From assembly GCA_013265495.1 (NCBI GenBank), contig MU058198.1, forward strand, positions 5,161,779 to 5,225,778: a DNA stretch of 64,000 bases. The letters are read 5' to 3'. The notes under the pieces are model-generated. The model saw nothing but the letters and a program-made list of their open reading frames with translations, did no database searches and had not been told where the DNA came from. Source of the DNA: Vicugna vicugna (lineage: Eukaryota). The position numbers were made by a program, and so were the translations under genes. Shown here piece by piece: positions 23,370 through 34,680 of the stretch (positions are counted from its first letter, which is position 1; every line of letters begins with the position of its first letter).

Positions 23370-24100
23370 CGCGGTGACAACCTCTGGAGGTCTCTTTACC
23401 CATCCAGCCTGATAACGGATGTGAAAGTGTTTCACGGATGACACGGCGCCCGGCCAGCGGTGGTTAATTACAGCTGTCACCGTACCAACTAAGACCCCAG
23501 AGCTGGAATTCCAGGCGGCATTTTTCTTTTTGTCAAACACCGCGAGCTTCCTTTCCTTGGAAGTCCTCCATGCAAATTAATTACTGTTATCTGTGTTTTC
23601 TGGGGGAGGGGGGGTGTTGCTGTGGCCAGCTGGCCATGGCTCTCCCCTTGACAGCTGGGGCTCTTAGAAGCCCAGGGGTGCGGACTTCTTTTCTCCTGGT
23701 GGCGGCTTCTTTCTTGCCTATTTACTTCTCCTATAATCTGCATATTATCATCAGCACAAAGCCCTCAGAACAGCATCTGACAAATGACGACTATTAAAAA
23801 AAAACCGTGCGCACTTCTCTTTCACCGCCTTCTAATTTGGAATAGCATTATAACTATGCATCGCTAGACAAGCAATATTATGTTAAGAACATGATAAAAT
23901 GCCAGCAGCTCTGTAATGGCACCAACCAAATGGTAATTTCTGCTTCAGAAATTGGTCATTTATTTTGCTGGTCTGTTCTTATGTTCAAATTAGATGAAGT
24001 TTAATATACTGTAAAATTGAATGTATTCTGTCCTTTTCAACAAATATGGCGTGTGTGAAAATGATTTATGGCTCATGGGAACCTCTAAAATGTTAAATAA
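23370..24100. promoter_or_regulatory. Candidate enhancer / conserved non-coding element
   Basis: Repeat-free, CpG-retaining stretch with octamer ATGCAAAT (23570), TAATTA x2, E-box CAGCTG, MEIS TGTCA and PBX-HOX TGATTTATGG (24062). Motif inference only. Confidence 0.45.
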
Positions 24101-24709
24101 TCTCTCTCTCTCTCTTTTTTTTTTTTTTTTGGGTGTGTTTCTTAAATAAGTTATGGCCTGAGAGTTTAAACACAAGGAAAGCAAAACTTTATTAAGCTCC
24201 AGGCCCTGGTTCTGTGATCAGGCCATGGTTAGAGCAACGAGGACTGTGGCCCCACACATATTATGTCGGGCTGTAAGAACAGCCACATTAATTGCTACAT
24301 TAATTTTCTTCTATTAACTGTAATTGGGAGGAAAGCAAGTCTTCCCCAGTGAGTATTATAATTTGCGACTTAATTTTTAATAAAGCTGTGTTGAGACCGA
24401 GGGTGCTTAGCACAGGTCATTTCTTCCTTCGATGGGTGTTTAGCATCCCGTTGCTTGCAGGCTGTGAGAACTAGCAGCTTGAAGTGTGTTATAGGGGCAG
24501 GAGGTCGAGGAAAATGGGGAGAGCTATAAGCTCCCCAGGGATAAGGGACTTCCTTCTGGAAAAAAGCTCGAATCTCGCCTTTCTTCCCTGCCTTTAGCCT
24601 TCCACAGCTCTTCTCCAAGCCCAAGGGAAAACTTGAGAAGCCAGATAAATACCAGGGGCTGTGGCTAGATGTTCAGGACAGTGGTCATGCCATAGACCCA
24701 TTTTCTTAC

Positions 24710-25010
24710 TGAAGACAAGTCATTGGATTACTCTGAGCCTTAACTTTCTCATCCATAAAATGGAGAGATTATAATAATGATGATAACTGACTTCTTATCA
24801 CAAGTACTACATGCCAGGTGCTGTTCTAAGCACTTTCAGTAACTCATTACATTGTCATGACAACCCTATGATGTTGGTATCTCATCCCCATTTTAGAGAT
24901 GAAGAAACTGAGACACAGAGACATTAAGTAACTTGCTCCAGGTCACACAGATACTAAGTGGTAGAGGCAGGGCTCAATCCCAAGGGATCTGATGCTAGTC
25001 TCCATGCTTT
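24710..25010. mobile_element. Two adjacent MIRs in opposite orientation
   Basis: CTCTGAGCCTTAACTTTCTCATCCATAAAATGG (+), then CCCCATTTTAGAGATGAAGAAACTGAGACACAGAG (-). Confidence 0.8.
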
Positions 25011-25744
25011 AGTCTCTAGGCTAAACTCTCCACACTTGCAAGGAACTTGAAGGTAGATGGCGGGTGTGACCAGGCTTGGCATTTCTTCATCGGGAAGTTT
25101 TTCGTTCAAATATTCATTCAATACTCGCTTTATGCCAGACACAGCTCCAGGTACTGTGGGCGTGGGGTGGGGATACAGATGGGTGAGAGGAAGGGCATGG
25201 ACTTTAATGGACTTATAATATACCTGAAGGCATTCTATGAACCCGCGTCTTCCTGCACTCACCGGCTAATTCCTGGTGACAATAGAACTTTCTGCCACTT
25301 AGATTTAGTGCCAAGTTCAGCTCCAGCAGTTGGAGAAGGGGAGGGAATTAATATCTGTCAGAGCCCTGCCAGACATGTGCCAGTTTCTTTATTTATGCTA
25401 TTTGGTTCATTCTTACAACAACCTAGCGAGGTATATATACTTCAGCATCCCTCTTTGACGGATTAAATAACCGAAGGCTTGTCTGCAGTTGCAAGACTTA
25501 CCTATGATCTGACAACTTCCTAATTAGCCTCCCAACTTCCACCGTTAATCCAGGTTCACCCCAAAGCAGAGATACCCTAGCAGATCATATCAGGAGCTAA
25601 AGGTAACGGTTAGCCTGGGGGAAGAAAGGTTCCTGGAGAGGTTGTATGGTGGCCAGGGAAAATTTGGAAATCCAGGCAGGTGGGAGCGGAGAACAGAATA
25701 AAGAAAAATGTGGTTGATAAAAGATCATAGTAATTGCTGACAGA

Positions 25745-25985
25745 GCGTTCTAGCTAGTCAGACTGCGATTTGAATTCTAGCTCTCCCAGTCCTAGCTAGT
25801 GACCTTGGACAAGTTTCTTAAACTCTTGGAGCCTCAGTTTCTTCATTTCTAACACAGAGATGCTAAGAATGTTGACTTCCTCGTGTTGTGGTGAGAATGT
25901 AATAAGGTGATATTTGGGTGAAAGATCTTAGCCCAGTGCCCTGCAGAGAGAAAGTTCCTAATTCACGGTTACTATAAGTATATTA
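25745..25985 (+). mobile_element. MIR SINE
   Basis: GTGACCTTGGACAAGTTTCTTAAACTCTTGGAGCCTCAGTTTCTTCATTT. Confidence 0.85.
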
Positions 25986-27049
25986 GGAATTCTTGTCCGG
26001 GGATCATCTCGAAGAAAATTGCAACCAGGGCTGTCCTCATTACAATTCGGCAATAGTCGCCCCACAATTTGTCATTGGTTTTCTGCCCTTCAGGCCTGGA
26101 CAAATTATCAAATATTCAGTAAGCTTTAGCTGACCAGCAAAGGAAGACACAGACAGTCACCCGCTATTGTTCCCTCCCCTAAATATTCTAATTCTTTTAG
26201 TCTGGGCTGGAACCCTGGACTTGTATACTTACTCTTCAGTGATCTTATGATTGGAAAAATTTAAGAACCCCTGAACCAATGGGTGGTTCTCAACATTATT
26301 GTGTATAAGGGTCACCTTGGGAAATTCTTATACCATAGATTACTAACGCTCCCACCCCCAAGAAATTAAAATTCAGGGTCTAGGACCCTAGAAACAGCAT
26401 CTTTGTTTGGTTTATTTGTGTTTTCTACTTACGACATCAATTTTCATCAAACTGTTTTATCACTGCTTCCATATTCAGTTACCTAGTCCAGCATGGGGTG
26501 CATAATTCTCAGCAAATACTGATGGATTGATCCATCCATCCACCCACTCACTTATTCATTCAACAAACGTAGTTGGAATGCTCAAAATGTTCTGAGACTC
26601 GTCTTTGGTGCCAAATTACAGAACAAAAGGCTTTCTAAAATCCAAGTTCTTTCTTTGTAATTTGGAAAATCTTGATTGATTGGGGGGGAGACATTAGTCT
26701 TATTCCGCATATAAGAGCACTTTAAAATGAACAGAAGAAAGTTGTTTTCTGGTGACCATGGGCAAGTTACTTAACTTCTCGACCTTGGCTTTCTGGTCAG
26801 GAAAAGTGATGATGATACTTGCATGGTATGCTGTTCTGAGGGTTAGCACTGACCCTCGTGGAGCACTTGGCACACAGTAGGAGTTTTAAGAATGGTAGCT
26901 ATCATTGTTCTTAAAGATAAAAAGAAAATACTATTTAAGGAGACTGTTAACTGGCCATGACTTTCCCTAGTGTCATTTCCCAGGTGTGTTAGCTCTTCAT
27001 ACAATATTACAGGATCCAATGAGTTCATCTCACACATCCTGTGCTCTTC

Positions 27050-27300
27050 TCTGATTTTTGAATATCTTTCTCCTTATCTGCTTACTTTCTTCCTAATTTT
27101 GGGATAAATGGTTTCCATTTCGGTTCCCCATCTTTTCTCTCGATAATTTCCTCTCTTCTTCCCTTACTGCTCTTTTCTACTTATTTTCGTACTGTTTCCT
27201 CCTCACCTTCCACCTTGCCTATACCTTATTATATCCTAGCATATATCTTTTTCTTTCTCCGATTTCCTCTCTTCCCTTTTTGGTCTCTGCCTCTCTCGGG
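27050..27300. repeat. CT-rich low-complexity tract
   Basis: Strong pyrimidine bias on the + strand. Confidence 0.7.
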
Positions 27301-28024
27301 AGTCCAAGCAAGTTCTTACATTCTTGCTTTTGAAAAGAGTGTTGTTTCCTATTATTAATTATTAGAGAAAAGTTGAAGGCTTCCTATTTCTCTTCAAACT
27401 AAAACAAAACAGGAAAGCTATCCTTTTACAAGTATAGCAAGTCATTATCCTTTTTTTGCGTGTGACTCTCATTGGAAGTGCAACCTACAACACTGGTGTA
27501 TTTTCTAGTGTGTGAAAGAGAACAGATATTTTCAAGATGACCTGGTTTCTAGCACCTACTCTTTTACTAAAACTAGCTCTGAGGGCTTGAGGATGCTGTT
27601 TGACTTCTTTGGGCTTCACTTTCACATTGATAAAGTAAGTGGGTTTTACCAAACATCTCTAAGGCACTTCCTGGTACTAAAATTTCCACTTGTCTAATCT
27701 CTGATTCATTTCCTATAGAAATGCTATCAAGTGCCAAATTTCATTAGCCTGACAAGCCTCACTAGGCATATGCGGCAGGTACTCAATTGCAAATAAGAGG
27801 ACAATTGACATTATATTTTTCAGTTTTCTCTGGGTCTAATGCACACTGTCAGCCATTGCTTTCCTTTTACCTTTGAAATGTGTTTCTACAAAGTCCCAAA
27901 GGCCGTGAGCGGGGTTACTTACGTCAGGGGGAGCGTTCTCAGAACCCTCTCTTTCTGTAGGTAGAGGGTTTTTTTTTTCCTACCCCTTGAAAATAGTTTT
28001 TAGTGATTTTTTTCAGCTAGTTCA

Positions 28025-28110
28025 CCAGCTTTATTGAAGTATAATTGACAAAATTGTAATGTATTTAAAGTGTAAAACATGATGATTTGGTATACATACG
28101 CATGCAATGG
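28025..28110 (-). mobile_element. Short L1MA-type 3' terminus
   Basis: CAGCTTTATTGAAGTATAATTGACAAAATTGTAATGTATTTAAAGTGTAAAACATGATGATTTG. Confidence 0.75.
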
Positions 28111-28773
28111 TTTAGTAAGCTGCCATATTACAATTTTTAGAGCCAAGCAAACTCTTTCCTTCTTTGATTCTTAATAACAATTTCCTTTCATCGAGTATTC
28201 AGTACTGCCAAGAAAGTCCTGTACTCATTGGAACAATTTAATTATTCATCATAATACTAAGAAGCAGATAGATAAAATACTTTGCCACTCGATAATAATT
28301 CTCAGGCACCTCATCACCATGGCTCCCTTCCCTGAATTTGTCCCAATGTGGCAATTATCCACTTGAAGTGTGACTCTGAGAATTGTCTTCAATTCTTTAT
28401 CACACTGTATCTCTAGTCTCCGTAATTCTACAATGCTCTGCTCTGGACATAGTCTCAACTCTGAACATCTCTACTTGTGGAGACAGGTCACCCTCAAATT
28501 GCCCATTGACCTCCTCACTTCCTCCCACTGACATTCTTCTTAGATGATCAGTTTCAGGTAACTCCACTAAGATCTAATCAGTTGCTCAACTTAGACATGT
28601 CCTGAACCACCCTCTCTGCTTCTCCATCCCATAGAGCTAGCCTTATCCTATCAATTTGACCTCAAAACTATTTCTTGATTCAGAATTCTCTTCTTTGACT
28701 CTTTTGCCATCATTATGGTTCATGATCTAATGCTCCACCTACATTTCTGCAACTACCTTCTAACTCATCTCCC

Positions 28774-29394
28774 TGAGACAGGATGGAAGGGGGCAGGGCA
28801 CAGCCATTCAAGCAATGCCACAGCAATTAACATCAAAATGGTGAAAGATTCAACCCCTAGTAGGTCTTGAAGCTCAGGATGATGAGAGATTTAACTTCTA
28901 GAAGATCTTGAGCTTCATTATACGCCCATTGTAATATATTAACATGGTGAATAACATGCCCACAGGCACCATGGCAGTCCCAAGGCTAGCCACAAAAGGT
29001 CAAAGAGTGGGAAATGGCCAACTTCCTGGGAATCCCAGCCCCTTCCCCTTAGGTAATCCTTCCACTTATTAGCATATGAAGCCACCACGCCCATAAAAAC
29101 CAGCAACATGGTGCCTTGTGGCCACCCCTCTCTCTCCCTCTTCAGAGATGGCCCACACTCTGTCTATGGAGTGTACCCACTTTTAATCTGAGCACCTAAC
29201 CCCCACACCTCATGGCCTTTCTCTTGCCTTTCAATGTATCTCTGAATAAATCTACCTCCACTCAACTGTGGCTCGCTCTTGAATTCTTTCCTGCGCTAAG
29301 CCAATGACCCACACTTGGCGGGGCACATCCCAGGGGCTCAGCCGAGACCTGGGACACAGCCCCTCTCATGCCCCACATCTGTTTTCCTGCATCA
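28774..29394 (+). mobile_element. Solo ERV1 LTR, MER41-like (copy 1), inserted in an L2
   Basis: TG...CA termini, 4-bp TSD TCCC (28770-28773, 29395-29398), AATAAA at 29245. Blocks TTAGCATAT..CCATAAAAA, CTCTGTCTATGGAGT and GAATTCTTTCCTGCGC match MER41 as I recall it. Confidence 0.9.
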
Positions 29395-30069
29395 TCCCTA
29401 CTTTGGCTCTTGCTAGCTTCTTACATTGTCTTTTACGGAGAGAGAATATTTCCTACTTGAATACTTTCAATGTTTCCCCCATGGCTTTCTTGATGAAGTC
29501 AAAACTCCTTGGTATGCACACAAAGCCTTTCATGATCTACTTCTTCTCTGCTAATTTAATTTTCAAACACTGTTGGGAAAGTGTGACATTTCCTTTTTAA
29601 TAGGTGGCTAAGCAGATAGGATGTAAACTTATAGCTACTGGTAGATCTCTTTGCCATCTTGCAGGGATAACTCATCTAATAAAAAAGCCAAAACAGATGA
29701 AGGCGGAGCTCTGACTAGGAGGAAGAGGGAGAAAGAATGCGTATGGTGGTATCATGATGATGATGTGCAGATTAAATATGTAGATTCGGCCATGGCTGGG
29801 GCTTCCTTGAATGTCTCCATTACGTAGACAAGAAGATTTTTGAGGGTATGTGTGATCATGTTAATGCTCATTGGGGTTTCTCTCATTTATAACCAAGGGA
29901 ACAAGCTAATTTAAATTATTTACCTTTTTTTTTTTCTCTAAATGTGCTTAAAAAGGACTTCAGTTATCCCATCATGTCTTCCAGTGAGGACAATAAAAAT
30001 TTTTGAAGACCTTCAAGTCAGACTACGCTTACTCTTCCTCTCATAGCCACTGTGAATCCAGTGTAAAGC

Positions 30070-30432
30070 CTGGACTGGGAGGGAGATGGAGGGCAAGGAC
30101 CAGGATTGGTGATGTAAGTCTCTCTCTGTATCCGAAGGCCCAAGAACCAAGAGCATCATGGTCCTAGGGCAGGAGAAGGGAAAATGGATGTCTCAGTTCA
30201 AGCAGAGAGAGAGCAAACTCACCCTTCCTCCACCTTTCATTTTACTTAGGCTCCCAAAGAATTGGTTATTACCTACCCACATTGTGAGGGCCATCTGCTT
30301 TCCTCCATTCACCAATTCAAATGCTAATCTCTTCCAGAAACACCCTTGCAGACACACCCAGAAGTACTGTTTTACCTGCTGTCAGGGCATCCCTTAGCTC
30401 AGTCAAGTTAGCACACGGAATTAACCACCACA
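30070..30432 (-). mobile_element. ERVL LTR (MLT2-like), partial
   Basis: ATTCAAATGCTAATCTCTTCCAGAAACACCCTTGCAGACACACCCAGAA...CAGTCAAGTTAGCACACGGAATTAACCACCACA. Confidence 0.85.
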
Positions 30433-30534
30433 GCCACCCAATTTAAAAGAGCTTAAGCTTTCTAAAAAGGAAGTTAGTTGATTAGCTACCGTAATGATTT
30501 CCAGAATGGCTGGATTCAGTTTCTCAAAAGATAA

Positions 30535-31164
30535 TGATGCAGGAAAACGGATGCGGGGCGTGAGGAGGGCTGAGTCCCAGGTCTCGGCTGAGCCCCGGGA
30601 CGTGCCCTGCCAAGTGTGGGTCCTTGGCTTCATGCAGGAAAGAATTCAAGTGCGAGCCACCATTGAGTAAAGGTAGATTTATTTAGAGAGATACTGCATA
30701 GAGTGTAAGGCAAGAGAGAGGCAAGGAAGGAGGTGTGGGAATTGGGTGCTCAGGTTAAAGTAAAAGTAGGTACACACTCCATACACAGAATGCGGGCCGT
30801 CTCCAAAGAGGAGGGAGTGAAAAAGGGCTGCTAGGCGTGGTGTTGTCAGTTTTCATGGGCTCAGTAGCTTCACACGCTACTGGTGGGACCATTCCAACTG
30901 CCCTGGGGAAGGGGCTGGGATTCCCATGAATTGGGCCACTGCCCATTTTTGGCCTTTTGCGGTTAGCCTTGGGGCTGTCATGGCGCCTGCGGGCGTGTTA
31001 TTCATCATGCTGTTACAATGAACTTATAATGAAGCTCAAGGTCTACTAGAAGTCAAACCTCTTAATCCTCAAGGCCCATTAGGAGGTGAATCTTCCAGCA
31101 TTTTGGTGTTAAATTGCTGTCATTCCTTGAGTGGCTGTGCCCTTCCCCCTTCCCTCCTGTCTCA
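30535..31164 (-). mobile_element. Solo ERV1 LTR, MER41-like (copy 2)
   Basis: Reverse complement is homologous end to end with 28774-29394 (first 44 nt 40/44 identical). TG...CA termini; 4-bp TSD ATAA (30531-30534, 31165-31168). Confidence 0.9.
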
Positions 31165-32339
31165 ATAATATTAGGATTTTCTCTTTCTTCTCCTCTATGA
31201 CTCACTCACTTCTCTATGGGTATAACGTTCATCCGTGTTCTCCTCTTCTGGTGGCAAAGATGGCTCCAAGAGCAACTGGCTCGCAATTTTCTTAATTCTA
31301 GTAAAAAAAGAGTACCTCTTTTCCAGTCCATCCTGAATATGTCCCCGGTGTCAATATCTCTGGTTCTCTTTGGGGCAGACACTGACATCTGAACCAGCCA
31401 CAGATGCCTCATTAGATGAGACAAACTCATTGACTATGTCTGATTTGTTAACTACCTTACAGTTTGAGATTGGCTTCCCATTTCAACACCAGATACTATA
31501 ACCAGAGGAGACGCTAGACAGATAATGCAACAGGTTGAACGTAGAAATAAGTTTCTACATCCTTTTATAAACTGAAGACTCGTAGGCTCTAGAGAAACTA
31601 CACAGATAGAATATTTCTGCCTCTCATTTTACGTATGAGCAGGACAAAAAGGTGAACTGACTTGCCCATTGATACAGAGCTAGTTAGTGACAGATCCGGG
31701 GTGGAAAGCCATTTCTTTTGACTCTAGTTCAGTGATTTTTCCCACTCTGCAGCTCTGACTTATTTTAAAGGATAACTACTCATGCTCTGTGTCTTCCCCT
31801 TCTTCAAGCCATGGATACTTTTCTCTCAGGTAATTTTCATTGATTTTGAGTTGCTCCATCACTTAGGTGGCAAAAAACATGGAGCAGGAATCTAGTCCCA
31901 TGAAAATCTGTGCTGCTTTATGGGAACTCATAGCAATAATATTCTTTGGGATTCTCTTTTTTATTTCCTAGTGGCTTAAAAATTCCTCTGGAAAAATGTA
32001 TTTGTTGAAATGAGCATAAACTAAAATAGTATTTTTCCTTCTTGAGAGATGTAAATATTTTGAAGAAATATTAGCAAGTACAGTGATGCAGCATAACCTT
32101 CATAGTCCCACTGTCCAGGAATGATCACTATTAATACATAGTGTGTAATGATATTATATAATGAGTCCTACTATAAATACTGTTCTGTAACTTGTTTTTC
32201 ACTTAATGATACATTGCAAACATTTTTCGTGTCAACAATTGTAAATCTGCATCATACTCTGTTGTACGGATATACCAGGGGTCTGGGGGTGGTGATGGAG
32301 ATTAGCTGTAACCAGGCATGAGGAATATTATTGGGTGAT

Positions 32340-32495
32340 AGCAGTTCAACTCCTGGATATAAATCCAAAAAAATCCACATTATTTTGAAATGATATATGC
32401 ACTCCAATGTTCATAGCAGCATTATTTACAATTACCAAAGTATGGAAGCAATCTAAGTGTCCATCAACAGGTGAATGAACAAAGAAGATGTGATA

Positions 32496-32538
<43 letters not shown>

Positions 32539-32956
32539 GAATACTACTCAGCCATTAAAAGGAACGAAAATTTGCCATTTGCAGCAACATGGATGGACTT
32601 GGAGGGCATTATGCTAAGTGAAATCAGTCAGACAGACAAAGACAAATACTGTATGATAGCACTTATGTATAGAATCTAAAAAAATACAACAAACTAATGA
32701 ACATAATAAAAAAGATTCAGGCTCACAGATATAGAGAACAAACTAGGGACTACCAGTAGAGGGAGGGACTACCAGGGGTGGGAGAGTGGGAGGCACAAAC
32801 TACTGGGTGTAAGGTGGATTCAAGGATGTATTGTACAACACAGGGAGTAGAGCCAATGTTTTCTAATAACTGTAAATGAAAAATTTAAAAATTAAAAATT
32901 GTTTAAAGTTTAAAAATTGTATAATTTTTTAAAATTTAAAATTAAAAACCAAAAAA
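32340..32956 (+). mobile_element. L1 3' end (ORF2 terminus plus 3' UTR) with an internal (CA)n microsatellite at about 32494-32536
   Basis: CCAATGTTCATAGCAGCATTATTTACAAT..GCAGCAACATGGATGGACTTGGAGGGCATTATGCTAAGTGAAAT. TSD core AATATTATTG (32324-32333, 32957-32966). Confidence 0.9.
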
Positions 32957-33078
32957 AATATTATTGACGTGATGACACTTTTAAAGTTGGATTATGGTGA
33001 TGATTTCACAACTCTGTAAATTTATTGAAAAAACCCATTCAATTATATACTTAACCCAGATTAATTTTATGGCATGTA

Positions 33079-33212
33079 TTGTCTTTTTGGGGGGGCAGTG
33101 GATAGGTGATTAGGTTTATTTATTATTTAATAGAGGTACTGGGGATTGAACCCAGGACCTCAAGTGTGTCTGCTAAGCACTGCACTCCAGCTCTGAGATA
33201 TACCCTACCCTC
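33079..33212 (-). mobile_element. Vic-1-like SINE
   Basis: GATTAGGTTTATT..GAGGTACTGGGGATTGAACCCAGGACCTC. TSD TTTATGGCATGTA / TTTATGGTATGTA (33066-33078, 33213-33225). Confidence 0.92.
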
Positions 33213-33659
33213 TTTATGGTATGTAAATCATACCTCAATAAAATTGTTAATAAAAAATTAACTGCAAAGAGAACTCAGAGTAGGGAAATCATTTCTGGCT
33301 TTGGAGTATTAAGGAAGGCTTCCTGGAAGAGGTGTCATGGATGATGGATTTGATAAACTGTATTGGTGCAAGTGCTGAATAATAACTATGAATGCTTGCT
33401 CTGAGCCCTTCATGTGACGTCTCACTTAATTCCCAGAAAGACCCAATTTTACAAATGAGATCTCTTACACCTAGATGTCAAATGACTTGCTTACGGTCAC
33501 CCAAGGAGCATGTGGTGGAAGCTAGCCCAGAGGCCACAGCTCTCCAGCATCGAATCCCACGCCTGTAACCACTGCAGAATCCTGCCTCTGGCTTCAGCTC
33601 CTAAATTTCTGGCTGGCCATATGGGGATGCAGTTGTTTTTGTGAGCAATCTATCATCAT

Positions 33660-34130
33660 CTTGTTTGCTGAAAGACTGCCTAATTTGCCCGTATCTAACC
33701 GAATTCAAGCCTCACGGAGAGGCAACATAATAAAAACACCCTCCTAATCGTGCGCTGCTTATGGCAAATGAATTGCTCAGATATGAAATCAGAATTAGGC
33801 TCTCAGAAAGTGCACGAGAGCTGGAGGATACATCGCGCTATCGCATTGATTTCAATTACGTCCTCACCTTCAGCCTGATGATGTGACATTACACTCCTCG
33901 GTCTCTGGCGGCGGAAGCTCCCCTTCCTTTCATTTCTCTCGTTAAATACGAACGCTGCCGTTATACTTGATCGATCCCTGCAAATATTCTGCTGTTTACA
34001 ACTTTGATAATCGCTGTGTAATCTTTCGGAGTAATTGGATTCTTACCAACGTGGCTGAGTTTTCGGCATCACTGCGTGGGGGAGAGATGGCGAAACTGAC
34101 ACTTTGAAACCTCCCCCTCCCCCTCGCAGA
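33660..34130. promoter_or_regulatory. CpG-retaining unique element, candidate enhancer or conserved non-coding element
   Basis: 25 CpG counted by hand in 33661-34130 at moderate GC content. No repeat similarity recognised; FOX site TGTTTAC and several TAAT cores. Confidence 0.5.
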
Positions 34131-34509
34131 TGCAGACACCTCTTGTTCTCTGGTTAAGGCTGACCTTTTGTCTCAGGTTGGAAAGGTTATGTCCTAATCA
34201 GTTTGGATACTGTAACAGAAGAGATGTGGTTCCTTTAAATGGGGAAAGGCTGTAAAAGTCAGAGCTTTCCGGTCCCTTAAATTCCCTCCCTGCCCGGGCT
34301 GGTGATTCTTTCATTCAAGAAGATAAGGACGAAGGAGTTCTCATACGTTAAAAAAAAAAAAAGAAGTTATTCTCTTCTGGAAACACAGATACACACACAT
34401 ACACACACCTTGGAGTCTGCAGCTTATGCTGCTTTTGTATAATAGTTTTCACTCCTTTCCATCAACAAAAGTACATGGAAGGGAAAAGAAATATATTATC
34501 TTTTTCCTT

Positions 34510-34680
34510 GATTCTGCTACTATCTAGCTGGGTAACTTTGGGCAACACAACCTCTCTAAGCCTTAGTTTCCCTATACTTAAAATGGGGATACTAACAAAA
34601 TTTACATCGTAGAGTTGTTAGAAGGATACAGTAGTATGTTTGTAAAATTTTTTGAACGGTTGTCATGGAGTCAGCGCTCA
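34510..34680 (+). mobile_element. MIR SINE
   Basis: AACCTCTCTAAGCCTTAGTTTCCCTATACTTAAAATGGGGATA. Confidence 0.8.

Larger units (their letters stand above)
32270..33260 (+). mobile_element. Old L1M 3' end hosting a younger L1 and a SINE
   Basis: Pieces TACCAGGGGTCTGGGG..GGCATGAGGAAT, GGATTATGGTGATGATTTCACAACTCTGTAAATTTA and GTAAATCATACCTCAATAAA are colinear. Confidence 0.7.

Noticed and set aside
28774..31164. The two MER41-like LTRs as the ends of one provirus or a DNA transposon
   Set aside because: They are inverted rather than direct, each has its own different TSD, and the spacer is old L2/MLT sequence with no retroviral internal sequence.
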